Positions 1 to 10,983 of a stretch of 64,000 nt of DNA are shown here, in pieces. The stretch lies in assembly GCA_951406725.2 (NCBI GenBank), contig OX597815.1:145762001-145826000 (forward strand), in the 5' to 3' direction. Source of the DNA: Octopus vulgaris. Taxonomy: Eukaryota. The notes beneath the pieces are model-generated. The model searched no databases. It saw nothing but the letters and a program-made list of their open reading frames with translations, and was not told the origin of the DNA. The position numbers and the translations under genes are program-made. The first letter of the stretch is position 1. Every line of letters begins with the position of its first letter.

Positions 1-84
1 AGCATCGTGCGATATATATCAGCCACATTTAGGTGGCAAATATACTTCACGATATGTGTGTGGGTGTGTGTGTGTGTGTGTATA

Positions 85-711
85 CCGAGTGCGGTGAATA
101 AACTGTCGTCGAAATTATGCAAAAATGAAAATAACACAGACATCTCATTTTAAAAGCTATCTTGAAATACTAAAGGGAAATTTATTCAATTAAATCGCCA
201 TTGGCTTCAGACACGGCCTCCAGACGTCTTCGGAATTTCCTGCAACTCTTCTGGACGTGCAGAGTCCTGTTGCCAGACATAGGGTCTTCCAGCAGACCCC
301 CTCTTGAACCAAGGCAGAACTACCTCATCGAGGCACTTGATGTAGGCCTCTTCGTTGAGTCTGAGGCTGTATGAGAAGATGAATGGAGGCTCAACGTCGC
401 CGTCACTAGTGTATATAGCAAACATCTTGATGTCGACTGGATGTTTATTAATCTTGGTACATGTCCTCAGATTGCACTGTTCTCAGATTGACACCCAAAC
501 ACTCTGAAATGTTTGTATTGGAGTTTCCAGCGTGAATGCTAAGCAGTACAGCACGTCGTTTTCAAATTTCTGGCAGAATTGCGTCATGGTACTGTTTTTC
601 TCTCAGACGGTGCCCCCTACTAAACTGTGTAGTTCACAAAATCAAAAACAAACAACGCACATGCGCGAAATTAAAAATATAAAATGGCTGCAATTTACCT
701 ATCGCTCCCTG
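85..711 (-). mobile_element. Internally deleted Tc1/mariner-superfamily DNA transposon
   Basis: ORF 207..425 has DDE-domain motifs (SDGDV.PPFIF...LN..AYIKCL.EVVLPW...PYVWQQDSA). Degenerate TIRs CCGAGTGCGGTGAATAAACTG / CAGGGAGCGATAGGTAAATTG (rc), each flanked by TA. Confidence 0.75.
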
Positions 712-899
712 TATATATTGTAAAAGGTGGCTGATGGAAATTTGAAATAGTGTCTCTTTTCATGGAGTATGAATTGTCATGAGATTTCAATAACAGCCAC
801 ATCATCATCATCATCTTCATCTTCAACAACCAAACAACAACAACAACAACAATGACAACTACAAGAAGCGATTAAATCCTAAGGATACTTGCAGTAGAA

Positions 900-1560
900 A
901 TATTTATAGTCCGTTCAAATAGTTTATGTACAAAGACAGCTTTGGAGGGAGTTTCAGGTAGAATTCCGTGCACGACTTAATCTTAGTCAAATTGGAGACA
1001 AACTTGAAGCGGGTGGAATAGTTCAGAATGTCCACAACAAACATTCCGGAGAATACGGACATCAATAAACTCCTCAAAGCAATAAAGTGTTTTAGAAACG
1101 TATTACCGAGGTGAACAAAATGTGTACGGCAGTTTGTACAGCGAGTTATACGGCAATTTGTACGGCATGTTTGTAATTTAAAAAGCTAGGGTCCATTTCA
1201 AAAGCAAGCGTGCATTTTTAAGTTCTAGTATGATAGGGCACCCCAACCTACCATAGTGATGGAACTGGTAATTTTAATGAAATTCTCTTGCAAACAGGTG
1301 GATTCGACGAAGAGATTCAGTAAAATATCCTATGCGTTCACCGGACCTCACAACACAAGGGATTGTCTTTTTTACAGGGATACTTAAAATAGAAATTTGC
1401 GGTTCAAAACTAACAACTCAACGACTGGAGGGAGGTATTGAACAAGACTGCACCCAAATAGAGAAGGAAATATTTATTGATATTTCCAATTGCATTGTTC
1501 TGCATTTTAATGTGTGATTGAACCAGAAGAGCAGTGGGTTTGAAACAGGCTTCGATAAAA
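900..1560 (+). mobile_element. Decayed Tc1/mariner transposase remnant
   Basis: RSPDLT...FF.G.LK motif (ORF 1332..1517), preceded by a decayed F..D.AP motif and RWI.RR; broken by stops and frameshifts. Confidence 0.65.
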
Positions 1561-1618
1561 ACAGTTAATTCTATTAGTAGATTCTAAATTCATCTGTACA
1601 ATATATATATATATATAT

Positions 1619-2010
1619 ACTCTTTTACTTTTTTACTTGTTTCAGTCATTTGACTGCGGCCATGCTGGAGCAGCGCCTTTAATCGAGCAACTTGACCGCG
1701 GGACTTATTCTTTTGTAAGCAAGCCCAGTACTTATTCTATCGGTCTCTTTTGCCGAACCGCTAAGTAACGGGGACATAAACACACCAGCACCTGTTGTCA
1801 AGCAATGCTAGAGGGACAAACACAGATACACAAACACACACACGCATATACGACGGGCTTCTTTCAGTTTCCGTCTACCAAATCCACACACAAGGCTTTG
1901 GTCGGCCCGAGGCTGTAGTAGAAGACTCTTGCCCAAGGTGTCACGCAGTGGGACTGAACCCGGAACCATGTGGCTGGTAAACAGGCTACTTACCACACAG
2001 CCACTCCTGC

Positions 2011-2013
<3 letters not shown>
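1619..2013 (-). mobile_element. SINE family A, full length (tRNA-like head, internal TA/TG tract, (AAGAGTA)-like tail)
   Basis: Head GGCGCAGGAGTGGCTGTGTGG (A box)...GGGTTCAGTCCC (B box). Near-identical copies at 24051, 34084, 57668. CCTTGGGCAAG after the head resembles the start of the CORE-SINE domain. Confidence 0.9.
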
Positions 2014-2081
<68 letters not shown>

Positions 2082-2129
2082 GAAATTAATATGAATAGCT
2101 AGTTACCATGTTTCATCAAAAAGGAGGAC

Positions 2130-2250
2130 TATAATTGTTACTAAATGTGACAAGTGTGTTAAAAAAATCACCTACACTGCAAGAAATAAGAGCAAGAAAT
2201 TATCCCTAGGTGTTCTTTTAACACCTTAGTCACATTTAGCGACAATTATA
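2130..2250. mobile_element. Short MITE-like inverted repeat (~45-bp arms)
   Basis: ATAATTGTTACTAAATGTGACAAGTGTGTTAAAAAAATCACCTA versus the rc of 2207-2249, ATAATTGTCGCTAAATGTGACTAAGGTGTTAAAAGAACACCTA. Confidence 0.65.
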
Positions 2251-2256
2251 TATATG

Positions 2257-2306
<50 letters not shown>

Positions 2307-2425
2307 AAGTGCTGTGGTTTTACTGAGATCTCCCTCAGAAAGAATAGCTATAACTCTTTGACTGCTATTTCTAAATTCGGTGTGTGGTGAGGCAAATCGT
2401 TGCTAAACCCTTAATTACTTAGTAT

Positions 2426-2495
<70 letters not shown>

Positions 2496-2510
2496 ATATA
2501 TATAGATATG

Positions 2511-2559
<49 letters not shown>

Positions 2560-2588
2560 ATATATATATATATATCTCTCTCTCTCTC

Positions 2589-2636
<48 letters not shown>

Positions 2637-2650
2637 CACATATATAGATG

Positions 2651-2892
2651 TGGAGGCACATGGTTAGAGCAGCGGACTTGCAGTCGAGGGATCGCGGTTT
2701 TCAATCTCAGACCGGGTGACGTGTGTGTTTATGAGCGAAACACCTAAGTTCCACGCGACTCCGGCAGAAGGTAATGGCAAACCTCTGCCGACTCTTTCGC
2801 CACGACTTTCTTTTACTCTTTCCTCCTGCATCTTGCAGGTCACCTTTGATGGACCGGCGTCCTGTCCAGGTGTGGTTCGCGAAGGAACAAAC

Positions 2893-2894
<2 letters not shown>
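2651..2894 (+). mobile_element. SINE family C variant (alternative 3' tail)
   Basis: Head and body GGAGGC..TGG..GCAGCGGACT..GAGCGAAACACCTAAG shared with 39807, 51341 and 59697; the tail differs. Confidence 0.8.
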
Positions 2895-2937
<43 letters not shown>

Positions 2938-2940
2938 GTG

Positions 2941-2974
<34 letters not shown>

Positions 2975-3062
2975 TATATATACATATATATGTATATGTT
3001 ATATATATATATATACACACACATATATATATATACATATATATACATATATATGTATATAT

Positions 3063-3099
<37 letters not shown>

Positions 3100-3138
3100 T
3101 ATATATATATATATATGTGTGTGCGTGTGAATGTGTTA

Positions 3139-3185
<47 letters not shown>

Positions 3186-3188
3186 TAT

Positions 3189-3221
<33 letters not shown>

Positions 3222-4170
3222 TATATACACATATATAAATATGTATGTTTGTGTGTTTGTGTGTGTATGTATATATATATATATATATATATAAATGTAC
3301 GCGCAAACGCACTCACACACATGCACATATATTTACGGTGAGTTAGAACGCTATAGCCATGCTGTAATATCAGTGAGAGCAGTAACAAGTATTCTGAATT
3401 GTGGCCTTCAAATATTTAATGATCCTGATATTTGGGGTATAAAAACCCCTTTACAAATTTGTAAAACGAGTAGAGTTTTTATATAGGAAATATCAGGCCA
3501 TTAAATAGTTTTAAGGTAACAGCTCAGTATCTCCGGTCTGTTTTATTGGTATTTATTCTCGTAAATACGTTGCCGTAGCTTTCTAACCCTGTTGCACACT
3601 ATATTCTATATACATTTATACACTCACACATACACACATACACACACGCATATGCATATACATACATATATGTGCATATATATTTGAGTGTATGTGCATA
3701 TATGTATGCATATATTAACACATACACACACGCACATATATATATAGAGATGCATGCATATATGTAAATGTATACACATACACGCACAAACTTACAGACA
3801 TGTACATGCATGCGCACACATAATGGGATTCCACACAGCTTTTGCCTGCCATATGCCTTTTACAAGCTGATGGCTGGAGATATTTGATCAAGGTTTCGTA
3901 TAGTGATATCAAACACGGAGTCACTTGGTTGAAATAGAAGTTCTTAAATACAATGGCTATGTAAAGCGTTGTCTGGTTGTGTGTAATTTCATTGAAACTC
4001 GGTTGCTATTTCTAGCATTCCAGGAAACCACATAGATGCTAATAAATTTACTGGTATTTTCTGCGTATTTTCCTTGCGAAGAAACAAATAGCAGCGTTTC
4101 TCGTGCCTACATATATATGTATATTGTTACGTCGCAGTGTAGTAGTAGTAGTAGTAGTAGTAGCAGCAGC

Positions 4171-4207
<37 letters not shown>

Positions 4208-4554
4208 ATGGAAATGTTAGTACTTTAGTTGTATCTTGGACAACCTAACGAACTAGACGTATGATCAATGCATTCCAGCCCTGATTAGAGCGTTCGTATA
4301 TTTGTTTCCATGCGAGAACACATACTCCTTCGTAAACTTAGTTGTATCAGGTGAACGGGTTTGATTTAAGGGATATTTGGTTGTTTTTAAGAGAGGAGGT
4401 TTAGTCGATTACAAAAAAACACTAGTGCTTGACGGGTCCTTAATTTTACGACCAGGAACTGACGGAAGGCGAAGTTGAATGGACACACGTCGACAGTTTA
4501 TCCCAGAAGTTAAAGCAAGCCATAACAAATATCGATTTTATATTTAGGTACTTT

Positions 4555-4745
4555 GTCTGAAAGTTCATGAGAGAGGCTAAATCAATTACGTCGACCACCG
4601 TGCTTAACTGGTATTTATCTTATCAACCCCACAAAAATGAATGGCAAAGTCGAACTCGGCGGTATTTGAACTCAGAATGTGAAGACTTACGAAATACTAC
4701 TAAGCATTTTGCTCAGAGTAATAATGATTCTATCGGTTCGCCGCT
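4555..4745 (-). mobile_element. SINE family B, diverged
   Basis: GGCAAAGTCGAACTCGGCGGTATTTGAACTCAGAA matches the family B core. Confidence 0.7.
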
Positions 4746-6711
4746 GTAACAAGTATCAAAAGACATTTTTTCTCACGCTCAAATTGATCTACTAATCTAC
4801 CACTTTTGAGAAGGTAAAAATAAAATAAAAGAAGTGAATACACAATTGATATGTGACGATTTAACTGACCAATTAGACTCTACATTGCTAAAAGTGTGTG
4901 ATTCACATCATTATTTTTCAACAAACATCCCTCGTTTATGCATCTGACTCATCTTATTCGGAATTGTCATATATCTGCAGGTTTTCAATTTTTATGCTAA
5001 TGTTTATGGAGACATTGTCTAGCATTTTATCACTCGCCAAATTATAGCAACTAGCTTAATCATATTGGTCACACATTTAGGACACTTACTAACCATTTTC
5101 CTTTTCATAAAAAAAAATGCTTTTAGCGTTCGTTGTATGGTTAGCTGGCTTTGATACTATACAGCAGTTATAATGCGTTCCGTTTATCCTTATTTGTTTG
5201 ATCTTTTAACGCTACTTTTCGTATTTATCAGTCTAGCTTATATAACAACTGACATGTACTGGTTTCATTTCCATTTGTGACTCATTGTATCTAGTATTTA
5301 GCATGTTTTTTTTCATATACTTCTTTAAATTCTTGACAGTTTTATTTTTGTTCCCATCCCAACGGTGTTTATGTGTTTTCTTTTGCTACGTATTTGCTTC
5401 GCGTATATTAGAGTATTTGGAGCTTTTAGTATTCTATGGGGTGAAATTAGTATCATGTTATTTCATGTGTTTTCTGATATATGCACTTAATGCGACATAA
5501 GCTGGCAGAGCATATACCAGATTAGATCAACCCCGGCATTTGCTTGGTAATACGATTTTAATGAAAAAAAAAAAAAAACCTCAACTAAATACCGCAAGCT
5601 ATTTTGACTGACGGTCCAACGATTCTTCCTGAATATCTGGAGCACATTTTAGTATGTATAGTAAGAAAAGATGAAAACAAGCAAAAAATTTAAACAAAAT
5701 ATAAGATGGGAAATTCCTAGTGAAAGGAAATTTATTTTCACTGTGATCTCTAATATCTAAGTGAAGCATGGATAACACAATGGCATCATTTTCTTAAAAT
5801 ATAGGGTATATAATAAATAAGGAAGTAGCTACAATGTACGAGGGTTCTTCCGAAAGTAAGGCAAAGGTGGGCGTAACTTTCTTTGCTATCAACTGAAACA
5901 GGACGTTCAAATTGCACTTCAAATGCTTTCTGAAAAACTTTCAGATCTACAGCACCGTAGCTCTTTCTTCACTGTGAATCCAGAACAGCAGCTGGCTAAC
6001 AATAACCTTCTTTAGTTTCTAGAGTTGCCTAGTCTGGTTAATAAGTGTAGTATATGTCACAGTCGAAGCATTTTTAAATTCATAAATAAACGCCATTACG
6101 TCACTGAATGTAGTATGGCATTCAAGGTAAGCAATGAATATTGGAAGTCACTTTAGACACACACAGCCATATTGTAATATATTACTGTAGAGAGACAGAC
6201 AGAGATGGAGAATCTGCTTGGCGGTCATACGCGAATTAAAAATCACCGATTAGTGTTTCTCCTGTAAGACAATGAATCTATGATGTCTGGTGTTCTGCTT
6301 TTGCTCTTATAGATGAAGTCTGTAATTCATTTTAATACAGAATTAATCATATCACTTATGAAGCTCAATTGCATATTCGTTTATATATGGTGATTGCTTT
6401 ATTTTCAGGATTTATTTTGTAGCTTTAGAATTATAATAATTAAGTTACATAATTTTGGATACTATCAGTTCATCTTTTAATAATCTTCCTAAAAACCGAT
6501 CTCTGAATAGACCTAAGAAATATTTAAGCGCAGTCTGAATTTATACACAAATAATATAAAATATTCGTCAAGAGATTCAACAATCTAAATATAGTGAATC
6601 ATCGATGAAAGTAAACAGTTTAAAAGTTACAGGAAGCTTTTCTAAAAGACTGGCTGAGTATCTTAAGACAAGAACGATAATTTGTAGAAGAAATCTACCC
6701 ACTTCTTTCTT

Positions 6712-6866
6712 CCCGAGTCCGACGAGGTCGACTTTGTCTTTCATCCTTTCGGGGTCTATAAATTAAGTACCAGTTACGCACTGGGGTCGATGTAATCGAC
6801 TTAATCCGTTTGTCTGTCCTTGTTTGTCCCCTCTGTGTTTAACCCCTTGTGGGTAGTAAAGAAATA
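6712..6866 (+). mobile_element. SINE family B, 5'-truncated, with Tx1-LINE-like tail
   Basis: GAGGTCGACTTTGTCTTTCATCCTTTCGGGGTC core. Tail 6823-6864 matches the LINE 3' end at 37879-37920 (rc). Confidence 0.85.
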
Positions 6867-6919
6867 TATTTTCCCGCCCACTATTAATTAATAGTAATAA
6901 AATAATTAGGCTGATTAAT

Positions 6920-7140
6920 AGTCTCGCATCCACTGTACAGCCATTAGCTGGGACTCGCCCCCATCGACTTCCACTTGTTCGGTTCAACAAAGGACTGTCT
7001 TCTGGAATAACGATTTGACTACACGGAAAGTGGATTTGAATAAGAGGGTGCAACAGTGCACTCCTGAATTTTCCCAAAGGAATATTCGTAAGTTGGGTGC
7101 AATGATGGTTCAAGTGCATCGCTTGTGATTGAGATTATGT
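6920..7140 (+). mobile_element. Mariner transposase C-terminal remnant
   Basis: Decayed HP.YS..LAP.DFHLFGS.KD motif across frameshifts. Confidence 0.55.
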
Positions 7141-7579
7141 TGAGACTCATGGTTTACTGAATAGGCGTAGAATTACTCAGTCAATACGTGGAATTTGAAC
7201 AACCGATATCGGTTAATAAGATACGCAAACTTTGTATTATTATACTCACAAACCCAAGCACATATTTACTTGTATGTATGTATGTATGTATGTATGTATG
7301 TATGTATGTATGTATGTATGTATGTATGTATGTGTATATGCGTGTGTGTGTATTCGTAAGAGCTTGTATCTATATTTCTCTATCGGCACCATTTAAAAGC
7401 CTGCGGTCTTCGTTTATGCCCCGCAACTTAACTATTCGACAAATAGTTCAGATAATACAATGATTGAACATAAAAATATATACTAGAGCTGATATGATCG
7501 TGTGGATTAATCAAGCTCTTTTCCCAATAAAAACTAAAAGAAGTAATAGAGGAAAAATAATAGCTGCGTAATAATGACT

Positions 7580-7788
7580 TCAATTTTTTTGCCCCAAGGG
7601 CAGCTTGGTAGAGGCAATTAAGTCAATTACATCAACCTCAGTGCGTAACTGGTACTTATTTAATCGACCCCGAAAGGATGAAAGGTGAAGTCGATCTCGG
7701 CAGAATTTGAACTCAGAATGTTGCGACGGGCGAAATATCGCTAAGTATTTCGCCCAGCGTGCTAACGATTCTGCCAGCTCGCCTCCTT
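7580..7788 (-). mobile_element. SINE family B, near full length
   Basis: rc of AAGGAGGCGAGCTGGCAGAATCGTTAGCACG...CTGAGTTCAAATTC...; matches 18543. Confidence 0.85.
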
Positions 7789-7819
7789 AAGTTGCGTAAT
7801 CATAACGGGCTGAACTAAC

Positions 7820-8433
7820 GGTTTAACTAAAGGTTTTGACCCGAGCAAAAAAAACGGTGTAATAGGTGTACAACAACTTGCTGTAAACGAATATGAAAAA
7901 AAAAAATACGCGCTCTCAAACAGGGGTGGGGGAAAGGACTCGGAAAATTCACATCGTAAATGTTCCGAGTCGTCTCACCATGGCCAAAAAGAAGTGTAAT
8001 AGGTCAAGGTCTGACAATGTGAATTTTCCGAGTCCTCCCCACCCCGTTCGCGAGCGCGCATTTTTTTCCGATTCGTTTACTACATGTTGTTGTACACCCA
8101 TTACAGTTTTTTTTTGTTTTGACTGTCGTGTGACGACTCGGAACATTCACGATGTGAATTTTCCGAGTCCTCTCCCTCACCCCACCGTTCGCGAGCGCGC
8201 ATTGTTTTTCGTATTCGTTTACTAAATGTTGTTGTACACCTATTACACTATTTATTAATTTTTTTTGGCTGTGGTGAGACTACTCGGAACACTCACGATG
8301 TGAATTTTCCGAGTCCTCTCCCACACTCCCCGTTCGCGAGTGCGCATTTTTTTCATATTCGTTTACAGTAAGTCGTTGTACACCAATTACACATTTTTTG
8401 CTCTTTAATTCGGTTAAACCCTTTACTTTAACC
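7820..8433. mobile_element. Non-autonomous foldback-type DNA transposon with 8-bp TSD and internal ~140-bp subrepeats
   Basis: TSD GAACTAAC at 7812-7819 and 8434-8441. TIR GGTTTAACTAAAGGTTTTGACC versus rc GGTTAAAGTAAAGGGTTTAACC (18/22). One subrepeat is forward and three are inverted. Confidence 0.8.
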
Positions 8434-8519
8434 GAACTAACAATATTATGATGTATATTTGGTGTAAAGGTTAGCACTTGTATACAATTGACAGAAGACG
8501 CATCTCTTAGTATACGTAC

Positions 8520-9106
8520 CTTTACTATAATACCGGTGCAATGTCTTCATGGTCTTCACTGTAATATCCCTTGAAATTTAAATGGTTAATGTTTTATGGT
8601 GTACATTAATTCAGACGCGAACTATTTTCAATTCCAAATATTGATTAGATAACCACTCGTTTATTCCTTATAGTCAATTATTTCTAAAACATCCGCTGTT
8701 TAAACATTAATAACACATTTATATTGAGCAAAGGTAAATTTTCCCATCTGCAAACATCGTAAAGCTTGTTCTTGTTTAGAAGTTATCATATTATACTCTG
8801 GTGTAAAACTTCGATAAAATTCTTCTTTACATAGGTCATATTTACTAGTTCCCGGCCTGTAAGGTTTTGCAGTACTAATCAATTACCAGTTGATAGTATA
8901 ATCTTTTTTCCTGTCTTTAAAAGACCAGATTAACCTACTTAGAAGTGATTATCCAGTCTTATTTTGAAAATGAGTGAAGTCACACCGACGTAAAAGTATA
9001 CGTTTCCCTCAGATGTAGCTTTACATCTATATATATTACAGTTTTAGTTTTACATTTATCATTAACTTAACACGAGTGCTGGTTTGAACAATTACAGAGA
9101 TAATTT
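8520..9106 (-). mobile_element. Penelope-like element (PLE) 3' part, inverted copy
   Basis: Reverse complement of 9330-10368 minus the insertion. Encodes decayed CNC...C..KC..VIY, YVGVT and AKPY..GTSK.DLC.EE motifs of a PLE GIY-YIG region. Confidence 0.8.
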
Positions 9107-9399
9107 TGTATGTAAAAACTGGAAGAGAAGAAAACGCTAAGAATTTAACAGTCGCGGCAAGGGAAACAACCCAATTTAATCTAATTAATAACGGAGATTC
9201 AGATAAAAATTCCGCTAGAAATAGAACAAATATAGTAAAAGAGTAAATAGCAAAAAAGAACATAGTGAAAACAAATTTCGTTTTACCACTAACAATCAAA
9301 TTAATACAAAATCTGAGAGAAATATAAAAGATTATCTTTGTAATTGTTCAAACCAAGACTAGTGTTTTGTTAATAATAAATGTAAAACAAAAAATGTAA

Positions 9400-9849
9400 C
9401 ACCCACCCTTAGTGGTTAGCCATATTGAGATGGTTAGTCTACCTCACATTGTCGTGCAGTTACTGTTTATACCTCGTTCAGAGATTTATTATTGCTTGCA
9501 TGCAGTTTTTCGAGATCAGTGACGAAAAGTTACTGGAAAAACGTTATAGGATTTGCATTGGGACTCCCTTCATCGAAAACCGGTGATTGTCGCACGCCGA
9601 CGACAGGTCAATACTTAGAAACCGCAGTCCGTGCGTATCACTTAGGTTGACGAGGGAGGGATGACCTCCCTTTGCAAATAACTTAGGGCACAGAAAGTGT
9701 GCCTAAAGCCAGCTGGAGACGATGTTCTCCTGGGGCTACAAGCTACAGTAACACCTACCCTTAGTGGTTAGTCATATTGAGATGGCTAGTATACCTCACA
9801 TTGTAGTGCAGTTATTGTTTACATCTCGTTCAGAGATTTATTATTGCTT
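9400..9849 (+). mobile_element. Putative non-LTR retrozyme: 352-nt monomer plus 98-nt partial repeat, with a hammerhead
   Basis: Direct repeat 9396-9497 / 9748-9849 (8 mismatches in 102). TSD AAAAATGTAA at 9390-9399 and 9850-9859. No ORF, no PBS; internal type I hammerhead. Confidence 0.75.
9578..9648 (+). ncRNA. Extended type I hammerhead ribozyme (core variant)
   Basis: AACC..GTGAT-tgt-CGCACG | CCGACGA | C AGGT caat ACTT A | GAAAC cgca GTC | CGTGCG-t-ATCAC..GGTT. Stem I is 6+5+4 bp with a bulge; predicted cleavage after GUC 9629. U4 is C and the 10.1-11.1 pair is C-A. Confidence 0.75.
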
Positions 9850-10659
9850 AAAAATGTAATATATAAGAAGTAAAGTTACATCTGAGAGAAATGAATACTT
9901 TTACGTTGGCGTGACTTTACTCATTTTAAAAGCAAAACTGGATAATTCCAAACAAGTCTAAGTAGGTTAATCTGGTCTTTTAAATACAGAAACAAAGACT
10001 AAACTATCAACTGATAATTAATTAGTACTACAAAGCCTTACAGACCGGGAACTAGTAAATATGACCTGTGTATAGAAGGATTTTATCAAATTTATACATG
10101 ATAAATTCTAGAAAAGAACAACCTTTAAGATGTTTGCATATGAGAAAATTTACCTTTGGTCAATATAAATGAGTAATAAATATTTAAACAGCGGAAGTTT
10201 TTGAAATTATTGACTAAAAGCAATAAACGAGTGATTATCAAATCAATATTTGGAATTGAAAATAGTTCGCGTCTCAATTAGCGTACAACATAAAACTTTA
10301 ACCATTTAAATTTCAATGGATATTACAGTGAAGACCCCGAAGACATTGCACCGGTATTATAGTAAAGATGCAATTGTAACGGTTACTAACGGATGCAGTC
10401 AAAACATATGTAGGTCTATTTGAGGCTGTATTTATATATAATATATATAAATGTGAATTAAAATACTAAATGCTACTTCGTCATAATCCTTATTGTTATA
10501 CACATACAGATACATATATGTTTATATATACTAAGTGCTTCTTTCAGTTTCCGTCTACCAAAATCTACTCACAAAATTATATATACACGTGTATATATAA
10601 CTGAAAGAAGCACTTAATATGTATAAACATGTATGTATCTGTATGTGTACGTGAGTATG

Positions 10660-10860
10660 TGCCAGTGCTTCCCTCCCAATGCCTGACAACCATTGTTGGC
10701 ATCTTCACACCTCCACAACTTAGTGGTTCAGCAGAAGAGACCGATAAAATTATTACCAGGCGTAAAAAAATAAGAACTGGGGACAAATCATTCGATTAAA
10801 AATCTTTCAAGGCGGTGTTCCAGCATGACCGTTGCCTACGGACAGAAGCAAGTGAAAGAT
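10660..10860 (+). mobile_element. SINE family A 3' half, diverged
   Basis: GAGACCGATAAAAT...AAGGCGGTGTTCCAGCATGACCG tail. Confidence 0.7.
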
Positions 10861-10919
10861 AATAGATATATGTGTGCGCGCGTATATATATATACACTTT
10901 TTATAAATATATATATACA

Positions 10920-10983
<64 letters not shown>

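Larger units (their letters stand above)
9110..10385 (+). mobile_element. PLE 3' part (zinc-finger linker, GIY-YIG endonuclease, terminal repeat) interrupted by an insertion
   Basis: DYLCNCSNQD*CFVNNKCKTKNV|IY...YFYVGVT...LSRLIWSL...KPYRPGTSK. A degenerate hammerhead-like CCGAAGA-CATTGCA...TGCAAT lies near 10335-10385. Confidence 0.8.

Noticed and set aside
2508-3388. Long YI/HT/CV/LSIY-repeat ORFs here and throughout the track
   Set aside because: Translations of (TA)n, (CA)n, (ATCT)n and (TACA)n microsatellites.
7843-8403. CRISPR-like palindromic repeats with regular spacing
   Set aside because: The 'spacers' are homologous to each other, orientation flips, and the array is bounded by TIRs and a TSD in a eukaryotic intron.
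9395-9852. TRIM / mini-LTR retrotransposon interpretation
   Set aside because: No PBS or PPT seen, the second repeat lacks clean TG...CA ends, the duplication is 10 bp, and an internal hammerhead fits a retrozyme better. Not fully excluded.
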